From NCBI GenBank assembly GCA_017654855.1, contig CM030338.1, positions 248,001-312,000 on the forward strand: 64,000 nt of DNA, read 5' to 3'. Shown in pieces: positions 1 to 12,083 of the stretch (its first letter is position 1; each line of letters starts with the position of its first letter). The position numbers and the translations under genes were made by a program. The notes beneath the pieces are model-generated. The model was not told the DNA's origin. It made no database searches and worked only from the letters and a program-made list of their open reading frames with translations. The stretch is from Podospora anserina (lineage: Eukaryota).

Positions 1-386
1 TTTTTATGAGGTCATGTGTAATGTCTCAACATGGTGTCTTAGACCTTGGGTACCTAGTAAACAAGCGAGTCTTCAACGACTATTGTATCATATCACAAAT
101 GCATTTATATTTTTGCATAATCCGGGGTACATCTGGCAAGGAGAAAATTACCGGCTGCACAGTGAGCTCTGGGTCCAGTGACAGTGACAGACCATCAAGG
201 TCCTCCGTCCGCTCGCTCACCGCCTTCAGATCTTTGTTCCAGCTTTGGCCGCTCAACCCCGAGTCTACAGTAGAAGGCAGGCATCCAGTTGAACACTAGG
301 TATCTAATGAACTCTTTCTATAGTGCCCTTACCCACCCGCCACATCTCAACTCATGGGAGCCATGATGAGCGATGGCCAACCGTAA

Positions 387-1155
387 TCAACAATTGTCAC
401 CACGAACAACGACATTCCACTTGTCTGCTTAGAACGCTTGTCCCTTGATACGAAGGTCGTTATCCGTGACACATCCATGCTGGCGCAGATAGTATGCGCC
501 ATTGCCAATCTACTTCCACTGGACCTCCTGCTCGTGATCATCCTATCTGTTTGTCAATACCCTGGGCGTCTGGGAGTTATGGTGAAACATAAGATGCGGA
601 CAGCTTCCATCATTGCACCAGTAGATGGCTGCCCACCACGAGCAGCTGACGCGTCCACAGTTGCCAGGACCCGGTCCGTTCTTTGCGGTGCCTGACATAA
701 CCCCACAGGTAGTGAATCCCATCCAAAATCTGGTTGTTGCTGGCCTTGGCAAAGGGGACATCGCACGTGAAGGACTCGGGGTCCCCGGCGGCGGCGGCTG
801 ATGAAATGTGGGCTGATGTAGTCGGGATTAGGACTTGAAAGGTTGCGTTCCGCCCAGAATATCTCGCCTCCATTTGCGCAATCGCTTCCTCGATGGTGCC
901 GGTGACAGTCGCAATAACGCCGGTAGGATCGTCAACTTTGACAGGAAGGTCCCAAGAGATGGGAGCCATTCCGTAGCCCCCAATACTGTTTGGCTGCTCG
1001 TTATTGGAGGCCGGAGCGCTGTAGACACCCTTTTTCATGTTAGCAAGTGTGTTCTAACGTAAGCTATCTACCTACGGTAGCCAAGGTGCTTGTAATATCA
1101 TTCTTACCTCGAAAAAGGCCATCATGGCAGCGAGGGAGGTGAAACTGAACCACAT
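387..1155 (-). pseudogene. Pseudogene of a small secreted Cys-rich fungal protein (CGRVSC...IYWCND...WNVVVRGDNC type)
   Basis: ATG at 1155 with signal peptide MWFSFTSLAAMMAFFE|GVYSA and an intact intron at ~1032-1107. Lesions: one extra base after GIHYLWG (~698) shifting into MSGTAKNGPGPGNCGRVSCSWWAAIYWCND; intron 2 donor reads GGAAGC (603-608); last exon has in-frame TAG (510-512) and TAA (429-431) before the natural TGA (387-389). Confidence 0.85.
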
Positions 1156-1700
1156 GATGTTTGGTTTGCAAGTATGAAACGCAGGTTCTCGGAAATTGGT
1201 GATGTCTAATGTGAAATAAGAGTCTACCAAAGGGAGAGAGGGCAAATATACGCTGACCAAGAGAGACGTGGGCCGGCCGTAAGAGTTCCGGGAGCCAGCG
1301 TGACCAAAATGACTGTTGCTCTTATATTCACTTCAAGCGCTTAGAAAGGCAGAGTCTTGGATACCTTATGCTATCTAATGTTCTCAATAGATTGTCTGCT
1401 CTAACACATACCTATTAGATTAAAATGTTTCAGATGGCGGGACTGAAAAGTGATGCCCCTACCGCATGCAATCTGCATCCCAACACAAGCCTGTAGAACT
1501 ATAGTGGCTTGCCAGTTCATGAGGTCTCAACCATTGAACCCCTGAACCGGGTGATACGGACCGACATACATAGGTAAGCACACTCAATAGTTGACTTTTC
1601 AAACGAAATCAATTTCCAAGACCAAACTACTTATCAACTACCCAACTACAACGTGCCATCACAACACGACATTACATTCCGGAAATCTCACTCGGCACAT

Positions 1701-4024
1701 TCATCTGCCCACCATGTTCGCATCCCCCTTCTGACCCAGCAGCTGAAGTGCGGCAGTCCGCTTCTGAGCAAGCATTAGCAACCTGTCCGCCTTCACAACT
1801 CCATTGTTATCCCTTCCGCTCAGCATCAACGCAGTCTTGCACAAGTTCTTGATCTCTCTGCCGTTCATTTTCAGCTCGCACAGACGGTCCAGGTCGCTTT
1901 CGCCAACCACAAACTTCTCAGCTCCAAAGTGTTTGAAGAAGTTGAGCCAAACCTGCCGGCGCTGCGTGGAGTCGAGGTCGTAGTAAGGCAAGAACAAGTC
2001 GACGCGGGACCGGAAGGCGTGGTCGATGGCAGAGAAGCGGTTGGTGGTCAAGAACAGGATGCCTTGATAGTATTCGAGCTTGGTGAGGAAGACTGTGGTT
2101 TACACCGTTAGCAAGCCGCCACTTGGAACCACGATGAAGAGGCTGATGTAGAACACTTACTGGACACCAACTCATTACGAATTAAGCCTTCATCGCTTCG
2201 AGCACCCAGGAAGACGTCTGCCTCATCAAGAAGAAGCATGGCATTCCAAAGTCGGCACAGATTGAGAGCGTGATCAAGAGCTGCTTCGACCTCGGAAGGA
2301 GTGGTGCTCAAGACACCGGCCGAAACCAGATACAATGGGACCCGGGCTCGCTCAGCAACAGCTTCGGCAGTAAATGTCTTGCCCACACCGGGGGGGCCGA
2401 ACATGAGAATGGTAATCCCACGCCCTGTGATGGCACGGTTAGTCTATGTTGTTGATCAAATGGTTCCCTCAAAAAGCAGATGCGTACCTTTGTCAGCCAC
2501 AAAGTCGTCGCACTCCTGGGTGCTCGCCTTCTTGCTCGCCACGAACTCCCAGGCAAGCTGCTTCTCACCTCCCTTGGACACCAAGTTGTCAAAGGCGCTG
2601 TCGTTCCAGTCAATATCCCGCAAGTTTTCAATGCAGTAACGCCCCCAGTCCTTTGCTTTGATGTCGAATCCGATAAGCCAGGGGGTGGTCAGTAGAAGAT
2701 GCTCGTCGGACAACTCCGGAAGGCTGGAGTCGTCGACCCGGTCCGAAGTCTGAAGGTTGACGGTGGTAGCGGCCATCTCGTCCTTGGATCCTGATGATTC
2801 CTCCTCTACAGGTGATTCTTTCGCCACTTCCTCTTCGTTCTCCAACGAAGCGAGCTCAGGGACAGGTTTGTTCTCGCTATGGTAGTAGGCATAAGGGTCA
2901 ATGACAACTCTCCCAGACATCTGGTTGTGTCACAGTCAGTACAAGATCGTCCAATCAGTTAGAGAGTTGTCCCACAGGACGGGAACACATAAACTAAGCT
3001 GAACATCCTCCTCCTCCCCAACCTTGAAGGCGATCTTGTGTCCCTTGTACTGCTGATATCGGTAACCTCTCAGCCCCTCCCATCTCTTTCCTCTGGCCAG
3101 CATTCTGGCCTTGATCCCCTCTGGATTGGCCGCCATCGAGAGTGGGTACACGCTCAAGTTCCTAACCTTCTGTCTTCCCTTGAAGTGGTTGATGGTGACC
3201 CACGTCTCCTTCATCCCGGTCATCTGGCCATTCCAGTCAACGTACTCGCACATGACCCACATGTTGCTGCTGTCGGAGCTCAAGCTGTGCTTCCGGGAAA
3301 CACGGCACAGCGTCTCGACGCCGAAGAATTTGGTGACGACCAGCTCACCGGGTGGGAAGATTTGCCACAGGTTCTCATGTCTGACGCGCCCAGTCCCGAG
3401 CGTCTCGTCAAGAGTGGTAATGGAGGACTCCAATAGTGGGTTTAGAAAGTCGATGAGGTTGTTGGAGGCTTTCTTCCTCGCGGTGACCTCATCCGCATCA
3501 TCGCCGTCGCTCAGGAGTGCCTGGATGGACTCGTGAGTTTCATTGAGAATCTTCCAGCGGTGAACCAGCGGCTGGAAGGAGGCATTAAAAGTCCAGTTCT
3601 CGGCGGTGAGTGTGTCTGGGTCTTGATAATAGTTCTCGAGTGCTTTTGCGAGTACGTCACGCATGCTGGGGCAGTTGACGGTGATGCTGTTGGTGACGTG
3701 CTGATCAGAATCGGGATGGCGCTGGATGATGGGGATGTTGGAGACTTCCGCTTCGAGAGAGGACCGTTCCTCATCGACGTTGACATGTTTAGACAAGCGG
3801 CTGGGGCAACTACCGCAACAGCAATCGGTTTCGTAGAGCTTCTGCGCCACCACCGAGTTATCCGGCTCGGAAGGAGTCTCAGGAACAAGACCTTCGTCAG
3901 CACTAGAAGACAGAGAAGAGGGTTGGCTGACTTCGTTCTCAAACACCTGAACACCAGAGTCATCGACTATCTCGTCGGGTTCGGAACCACAAGGGGTTGC
4001 TGATCGAGTGCTCGGGGCCGACAT
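1701..4024 (-). CDS. Fungal AAA+ ATPase with long N-terminal domain (DUF7025-type architecture)
   Basis: Four exons joined from ORFs 2936..4069, 2456..2920, 2108..2404 and 1701..2051. Walker A GPPGVGKT, Walker B LLLDEAD, LEYYQGILFLTTNR, AFRSRV arginine-finger region, NGREIKN. The first intron has no strong donor. Confidence 0.85.
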
Positions 4025-4649
4025 GGCTACAGGAACGAGAGCTGAAACAACGTGATAGGTATGGAACAATGGTGAGATTTATACAAGAGGAATGGCTGTT
4101 GAAGGTCGTCAAGTCTGAAGTGTGGTTTTCCATTGAAGCTGACTTGAAAGTAGTTTCTGCTGGGCTACTTATATGCCATGAAGCTCTACTTCTGTGTAGG
4201 GTAGGCCTAGGCTTTCCATGATCCCAGCCTCCAATTTCTCATTGACAGCATCCTAAGCTATATGTCTGTCACTTCCAAAAAGGTGCATTGCAGGAGAACG
4301 AATCGATAAGCGCCAAGGGACTGTGTTGCCTAGAACTGCCTGGATGGAAACCAACAACGTATGAGATGCTGGATCACCACCCAACCCCATCATCTAAAAC
4401 TCACAAGATCAGATACCTCTCGTGAATCTCACTCCTACAGTCGCCTGCTGCTGTGCACGCCAATCTTCTTCTTGCCTGGTGAGGCTTGTCTTGGATGTGT
4501 TGTTATGATATTGGATGACAACCAGGCTACCAGACCCACCAGACCAAAGCTACTACCTATTTGGGTACTTCAACATGAAAGAAAAAAAGGCACTGGGGTT
4601 GTCCAGACTCGAAGCCATCAGCACTTGATAGATAGGGGCAAAAATGATA

Positions 4650-4734
4650 CTCTCCCGCCGGGAATTGAACCCGGGTCTCGAGCGAAGTCGGTGTTAATGA
4701 CAAGCTCACATACTGACCACTATACTACGGAAGA
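4650..4734 (-). tRNA. tRNA-Asp(GUC) with ~13-nt intron
   Basis: Minus strand reads TCTTCCG-TAGTATAGTGGTCAGTATG-TGAGC-TT-GTC-A-[ttaacaccgactt]-C-GCTCG-AGAC-CCGGG-TTCAATT-CCCGG-CGGGAGA-G. Acceptor, anticodon and T stems pair, and a T5 Pol III terminator follows (4640-4644). Confidence 0.95.
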
Positions 4735-5229
4735 TATACAAGGGTTATCCCCTGTCGTAGTGATTGGTTCATGAATGATTTGCTAGACTGTGAGTATATA
4801 TTGGAGTCAATGCATACACCAACATCATGGGGAATTCGAGCCCCGAAATCTTTGGCTCGGCTTGATTTGCTTGTCGTGCTTCTCAGGTTGACTTCGAAAA
4901 TACAAGCAATAACTGAAAAAGGAATTTGACGCTTGCGGAGTACCTTCAATAAAGAGCAACAAAGGACGCTCCTCGCAAGAGACAGGTGGAGGAACAATGG
5001 CGATGTTTACCTTAGTTGCTCCTTTGTATTGACACCTCGAGTAATACCAGGTATTCGAGCGTGCCCTGGCAGGTAAGTTCCTCGCTACGAAATGGCTTTG
5101 TCCATTTAAAAACCTCGTTGCGCCGTAGCAGTGATCGGCCTTCCATGGGTCTCGAGGTGCTGGAGGAGAATACAATACGGGTTGATATGGAGGGAGGTTA
5201 TCACCCAGAATACTATCACAGCATCAGTC

Positions 5230-6432
5230 ATGTCGTACGGTCATATCTTCAAGGATACAACGGGGCAGTACCTCTTCATCCGCGAGCTTGGAACGGGCGT
5301 CTCCTGTCGAGCTCAATTAGTCCGTCACTTGCCGACAGGCGAATATCGAGTCCGCAAAGTCCTCCATCGACGTGTGCCGATTGGCGAAGATCTCCCTCGC
5401 AACATCAGATACACGGTAGACGCAGATATCCAAGCCATTATCCAATTCAACAACGAGACTGCCATCGTTGATCTTCTCCAAAAGAGCGGCGAGCGAGACC
5501 AACTCAAAATCGCCGCGCTCTATTCACACTCAACCCATGTCGACGAAAAGAAAAAAAAGTACTCGCGAGTGTCGTACTGGTCTCTCTCCAACGGTGGCGA
5601 CCTCGATTCCTTCCTTGTGGACTATCAGCACCACATTCCGCGACCTTTCATTCTTCAGTTTCTTAGCCAGATACTCACCACCCTCCAGCACATGTACAAC
5701 GCCTGTCACGACCGTCTCGGCCCCATGGTTCACAACGACTTTCACGCAGGTAACATCCTTCTTCACTATCCCAGCGATGCTCGAAGCCCCATCCCCGAAT
5801 TCCACCTCATCGACTTCGGCCTTGCAACCCCGTTATCTCCGGCATCCATTGCCGATGAAAATGACTTCCTGCTTCCGGAACCTGGCAACCCACCTGTCTG
5901 GGATATTCCTCGCCTGTTGAGAGTTGTTGACAAGCTACTTGTCACTTGGCCCGAAGAGTACCGAGTTTTCCTTCACTCGGGAGGAGATCCGATAGGTACT
6001 GCCTACAGGCTGCTCTTGGACCTGGACCGTCGGTTCCAGTATATACTACAAGAGCACCGAAGATATGTCTACGAGACGAAGGACTTTTCGCAACGACTAA
6101 CCCTCCCCGACCTGCGACCTGTCATCGAGTATGTCAACAACTGTCGAGCGACTCTAGACCCCGACGGGGTAGAGACAAGAGACCATCCTCTCTGCAGCCA
6201 AGCATACATGAGAATATCTGATGCCAAGCTCGCGGTACCACAGACCTACAGCGAATTGGAGACAATCGCCCATACCAGAGACTTGCCTGGACCATGGCAC
6301 ATTGGTTATCTTGACCCAGAGCGAAACTATCAAGTGCTTGATCTTCTGGCTGTCGGCAACAAAGACACTTTCCACCGTCCAAATGAAGACAACGAGAACA
6401 GTGACACTGACTCAGCGTGGGGAGATGAGTAG
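5230..6432 (+). CDS. Atypical non-RD protein kinase-like protein
   Basis: Intronless ORF from ATG 5230. Gly loop ELGTGVS, beta3 Lys RVRKVL, hinge NGGDL, catalytic loop MVHNDFHAGNILL, HLIDFGLA. No APE motif. Confidence 0.8.
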   Translation: MSYGHIFKDTTGQYLFIRELGTGVSCRAQLVRHLPTGEYRVRKVLHRRVPIGEDLPRNIRYTVDADIQAIIQFNNETAIVDLLQKSGERDQLKIAALYSHSTHVDEKKKKYSRVSYWSLSNGGDLDSFLVDYQHHIPRPFILQFLSQILTTLQHMYNACHDRLGPMVHNDFHAGNILLHYPSDARSPIPEFHLIDFGLATPLSPASIADENDFLLPEPGNPPVWDIPRLLRVVDKLLVTWPEEYRVFLHSGGDPIGTAYRLLLDLDRRFQYILQEHRRYVYETKDFSQRLTLPDLRPVIEYVNNCRATLDPDGVETRDHPLCSQAYMRISDAKLAVPQTYSELETIAHTRDLPGPWHIGYLDPERNYQVLDLLAVGNKDTFHRPNEDNENSDTDSAWGDE

Positions 6433-6573
6433 AATGTGGGCGAACAAGGGGCAGAGGGCAAAAGAGAAGGTGGCACTTTGGTGTGCAAGAGTCTGGTGGT
6501 ATTTCCTCTCATGATTGCTATTCAAGGCCTGCTGAAAGACACATCCAAAAGATAGGCACTGGGGAAGAGGGAC

Positions 6574-7645
6574 TCAGCGACCTGGCCTCTTGGGCCGGCC
6601 GAAGGCTTTCTTTACCTCGACCTTCGGGTGCAGCTCTTCCAACACGGTGGCCTCGCTAAGTTCGTCAACTTCCTCGACTTCGAACCTCTTCACGGGCTTC
6701 AAATCAGCCTCTTTCTCAGCAGCAGCCAACACAGCCCGCTTCATCAGCGGATACATCATTCGGAATTTGATGGCTTTCGTGCCTGGAGAGGCCGGGCATG
6801 TGTAGAAGAACAGCAGAGGACTGCTCTCTTCTCCGTTGTGGGTATGAATAAACCTGTAAAAGGTGAACCTGGGTTCAGTAGACGAGATTACTTGCAGCAA
6901 TTCCGAAATCGAAGAGGGGTTCGAGTTTTCGGGGACAAGTTCGACGGACTCGGTCTGGGGGTTAATTTTCTGTGGAATGGGCATCTAAGTCAGCCTGGGA
7001 ACCTAACAGCCAATGGTACAAACAGAACACACTGACCAGCATAACCAATGATGGCCCGTTCCCGCTTCCCAGTTCCCTCAGCGCATCCAGCGCGTTTTCG
7101 GCGATAGGCGTAGCCAGATTTTGACTGAGATGAATCTCGCGAGTGCCCGTGCCTTGACCGGCTTCCTGCTCTGCCTTCCGGACAGCGCCCAGACTCCTCT
7201 CCTCTTCCGTCAGAGGAGCCTCGACGGCCGAGTGGGCGTCATGTTTATCGAAGCCAGCCGGGGTGAGCTCGTCGGGTGAGGTCGCGAAAAAGGTTTCCCG
7301 AAAATGCTCCGTACCCAGCTCCCGAACCAGAGTGCGCTCCGTCGAGGCGAACAACATCTTTTGGCGAACGGGAGCGGTGTCTGGAACATAGGTAACCCCC
7401 ACCAGAGCCGGGCTGGAGGGATAGCGACGAAGGATCACGTAGAGAGCTTCATTGAGTTTTACGTGGGGCTTGAGGAGAGAATTGACATTGTCGGCGAAGG
7501 CGGCGCCAGGGGACGAGGTCAGGAGCTGAAGCGGCTGGAGCTTCTCGGACGCGATGGTGACGAGCAGGCCGAAGTGGGATTCGGAGGCGAGAAATTCGCT
7601 AAACTGGGAGACCAGCTCCTGTGAAGCTGAGATGCCGGACTGCAT
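6574..7645 (-). CDS. TWF1: Twinfilin (tandem ADF-H actin-monomer-binding protein)
   Basis: Starts MQSGISAS; contains YVPDTAPVRQKMLFAST and IKFRMMYP; ends AFGRPKRPGR. Intron 6970-7036. Confidence 0.93.
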
Positions 7646-8872
7646 TGCAAGCTAATAAAACACCCAACAGAGCGGCGGGATGGTGATGGGCAGGCAAAGT
7701 GTGTGATGTTTCGAGATCGGGAATCCAGGAGCTGTTGCTACTTGCTAGGTAGCACCACCACAGTGGAGAAGTGGGGGGACCAGGGGCCTGTTCCCCAAAA
7801 GCAAGGTCCAGGCTCTGCGGCTTGGCAACGTCTTCAGCCAACAGTCAACATCCAACAAGCAACATCGCAGCACCAAAACATGGCACCTGGCGCCTGTGCA
7901 GTACACTATCGTGACTACACTATCTCGAAGTGACAGCGGCATGGCATCCTGGACCAGGAACGAATCTCCACGGATCTGATGCCAATGGCTCTGGCCTTCT
8001 CCCACCCGCGGGGCATCTGGCCATATCTGCTGATTCTCAGCGTCGCCCTCCCCCCAGTCTGCAGAGATCAATTCCCCGATTGGGGGCACTGCCGTGTCTG
8101 CCGTGGTGTCTCTGAGGTCTGCCCTGGTCTAGACCCTTCTGGAAGCAAAGCAGCCGCATGCTGCGAGAGAACATGCAGGCCCCTTCTCCCTCCTTCCTCC
8201 TCTCCTTGTTTCTCTTTCGACTTCAGCCATGGAATCTGTGTCTGTTTCTCGTGGTCGAGATAACCACGCTGCCTTGTTTGACACTTGGGGCCTTTGCTGT
8301 CTGTTATTTTCGATTCGTGTAGACCAGTGACAATTAAAGCATGATTCATTTTTTTTTTACTAGCTCGCCGGGTGCCCATCTGTTTGACTGACCATGGTGA
8401 CAGGCATCTGTCTAGATATTCAGCAGGCGAAGAACATCTCGAATAGGGACCGACAGCTCAGCACACGATTGACGGGATCTGCTCCGAAGCATTTGCACCC
8501 ACCATCTTACCCAGCCTCCCGTCTTCATACTGTCTGACCAACCATAGCAGGCCGGGAGATACTCCGTAGCGTCGTGAATGGATCAAGCAGCCCTGTCTCT
8601 ACACTGTACAGTACAATACACACCCGTCCAGTTGGAATCATCTAGGCCCTACACCGGTCTCCTGTCCCCATCCACCCCCCTACCGTCTCCCAAGAACCAA
8701 GTTGAACGGCACCGTTGAGCGCTGAAGGCGCCTGTCTGTCCCTGACAGCCCGGGCACGTGGAGCCGATACTTCAGATATCCTGGCTCCATCGTTCGTCTC
8801 CCGACCTTGAATTTGCACCTCCATCCCGCGCCAGACATTTTGGTCAAGAGGCTTGCCGTCAAAGCCATTTTC

Positions 8873-11531
8873 ATGGCAACGCCGCCGTCCCATCGGCCTT
8901 TGAGGGCCCTTCTTCCCGCGGACACGGAGGGAGCCGGGGGTGAGCGCGGAGCCTTGTCTTCGGCTTCGTCAAGTCTCGGACCCCGACCAACATCGGTCGA
9001 GCTAGCACCTCGGCGGCGGACCGCAAGAGCCGCATGTATCGAATGTCGCAAGCGGAAAACAAAGGCAAGGAACCGTCGCCATGAAAGAGGGCTGTTTTGG
9101 TGCGAGTGCTCGCTAACCTGTGCCTGATGGGTCCCAGTGTACTGCTGAGCGACCCCGTTGTAACGAGTGTACTCGCCGCAACTCTGACTGCGAATATGAC
9201 GCGGGCGGCGATGAAACTCCCGGAAAGGCTCTGAAGCGACGTTTTGTTGACCTGGAGGACAAGGTGAACATTTACGAGCAGGTCTATGCCATCCTCAGGT
9301 CTCGTCCACAGCATGAGGCCAACTCGGTCTTCAAGCGAATCCGAACCGGTGACGACCCGCAGAGCATCCTTCGGCATGTCGAGCACGGCGATCTTCTTCT
9401 CCAGCTCAGAGTGGTCCCGGAATCCCGATACCGATACGAATTCCCCTTCATGTCCCCGCTCCCCGCCCGGCTGCAGACCGAGGACAACCCCTATTTAGGA
9501 TCGCTCATATACGAGTGGGAGGTTGAGCGCCCTAGATCCCCCGTCAGGTCGCCGAAACGAAGAGGCAAGCAGCTGGAAACCGACCGGTCAGCAAGTAAAG
9601 AGTCTACCACGCCGGGCCCCGGTCCCTATGTGAAGCCGTTTCATGCCGCCGAAGTGCATGACCCTCTTATCGACTCGGCCGAGCCGTCAAAATGGACCGA
9701 CGTCACGACGGATAATACTCTCCTTCGAAGTCTCTTGAGGTCCTATTTCCTACACGAGTACCAGTGGTTCTCGGCATTTCAGAAAGAATACTTTCTCTCC
9801 GATATGATTGCAGATCGACGTCAATTTTGCTCCCCCTTGTTGGTCAATGCCGTTCTTGCCCTTGCTTGCGTAAGTTGACCGGAACGCGTCCATCATTCGA
9901 GGTCATACACACAGTTGACACAAGCATCCGACCGCAGCACAGCTACCGTGAATTAACGGACCGGGCCGAGTTCTGGAACCCTCGAACACTTGGCTATGGC
10001 TTCCTGACCGAGGCCAAAAGACATTGGGAGTTGGAGCAGGCGGGGGGCCGAGGCAAGCTCACAACGATTCAAGCTGCCATCATCCTCAACATTGTGTATA
10101 ACTTGAATGCCATGGTCAAGCTTGGGTGGCAATACACGCTCCAGGCGATTGATATGGCACACAAGATGAAGCTGTTCAAGAAGCCTGAGAACTGGGAAAC
10201 GTTGAATACCAGGTTAAGGGCTGGCCGAGATTTCACGGCATGGAGCCTATTTGGCTGGCAAAGGTACGCGGTCTCGATCCAACTTGTTTTAAAGGGCACT
10301 CAGTCAGCGCAGGTGCTGATACATGGTCACTTTAGCCACTGTACCTACACTTTGTTTGAGAAGCCACTCGTAAACGACCCCCCGGAGGTGCCGCTGCCTA
10401 CCATCACAGCTGACCCAAGTTGGTATGGCGAGGTGTGGCTCAAGTACCCCCTCGAAAGTATCCTGTATCCGAGCCATTTTGCAGAATTTTACAAGGCCAA
10501 CACAGAGTTTCGGGTGATATTGAACGACATTTCCAAAACGTTGCACGGGGAGGCAGGGCAGAGTCGATCACCACCAGCCGAATCCAAGATTGCTGCGCTT
10601 TACTGGAGATTGCAAGCATGGTATGCTGCGCTGCCCGAATCACTTTCGCCTAGGACGATTGTGTTTACTGCGCAGATGAAGCTTCAGTAAGAGTCCCTGT
10701 GCTCCGACTCGGTCATCTGAGAGATTATGGATAACTAACGTACTTGCCCGTGCCAGCATGCATTACCACCATGCCATTGTTACCATGATACAAAGCCTCA
10801 TGACCGGCGTATCAGATATTACGAGCTCAGCTCCGGCTGCGTCTCCGGCGTCAGTGGCGTTTCCAGCACCGTCACAAAACGTCCTCGCTATTTCTTCTCT
10901 TTTGAACAGTGACCCGCCATCAGAACCAACAGGGCCACCACTTCCACCCCTCCAGGCCACATTCTCGTTGCACCGAACACAGTACGAAACGCTGCTCAGG
11001 CTGTACTACCTTCGCCACGGATTCGAAGCTCTGGACGTCTTCATCATGGTGTCACTCATGACACTCGCGTTTATCACAACCAAAGAGCTCGAAGACACCC
11101 GTCTCTCCTCGGCCCAGCCGCCTTCCGAAGAACAAAAAGCACACATTGATTCCCTACGAGCCACCCTTGTCCTGTGCACCAGAGGGCTGTACGACCAAGG
11201 GAAGAGTTACTATCTGTCCCAGACCATCTTTCGTCTAGTACGAAGTGGGATGCATGTTGACGAGAAGGAGCTGCTCCGCGAATATGCCTCTCTACCTGAC
11301 GAGGAAGACAGCGCGGATGCGAAGATGAGAGAAGAACTGGCCCAAAGGTTGTGGCCGCATCCCCACCCCCAGGCGCAGAACGACGGGCAGGAAGGCGTCG
11401 AGACGGAACATGCATCCGGGCCAGCGGCTCAGGAACAAGAGGGATGGAAAGTGCTGGATGTATTATTGAAGAAATATGGAGAGGTCAGGATGGAAGCTCC
11501 GGAGAGCGGCGACTCGGAAGATCAGGGGTAG
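8873..11531 (+). CDS. Zn(II)2Cys6 transcription factor with fungal TF middle domain (NirA/Nit-4-like architecture)
   Basis: ACIECRKRKTK|CTAERPRCNECTRRNSDC after removing a GC-AG intron (9065-9137). FCSPLLVNAVLALAC and FLTEAKRHWELE motifs. Further introns near 9870-9938, 10264-10334 and 10688-10756. Confidence 0.9.
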
Positions 11532-12083
11532 GTGCCTAGGTAGGTAGGTAGGTACCTAGGTAACATGGCCAGGTTACAACAAAATGGGTATTTAGGAAAA
11601 TAACAAGACTCTGCTTACAAAGAGGCTTTAATGAGGCTGTTCAGAGATGATGTGCGTCGCCAGATATTGTTATCGCCAGTACGGAGTACCATCCGTGAGG
11701 GGCACTCTGGTGCCTGGAAATGGTCATTTCCCGTGCACAGCGCCATTGGCTCGTTCAATCTCAAAACCGGGGTCATGGAACTTGTGTTCGTTGGGCCCTC
11801 ACAACTGCCAATCACAGAGGGGCTTTGGGAATAGCTCCCCGTTCTGGTATTCTCTTGGCTCGAAACGGGCACCACCCAGCTGGGTAAGGGTCCAGGACGG
11901 TGACTCCCTGTCCCGTGTTCGTGGGTTTTGTTTTGTCAGGCACCGCTTCATCCACATCTTGTGTTGGTTCACCTCACAGTCGTTCTTTTTTTGGAGGATT
12001 TGTCACTCTTTTGTCTTCGATCTCGGGCCTCTCAACATGTCAAGATAGCGTTGGACTCTTCAGGATATACTACAGCGCACATC

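Noticed and set aside
190-215. GACCAT...CCGTCCGCTC resembling fungal 5S rRNA
   Set aside because: Spacing is wrong and the 3' half of 5S is absent.
11536-11561. CCTAGGTAGGTAGGTAGGTACCTAGG as a transposon end
   Set aside because: TAGG/TACC-type motifs recur in several intergenic regions here, and there is no partner end or transposase.
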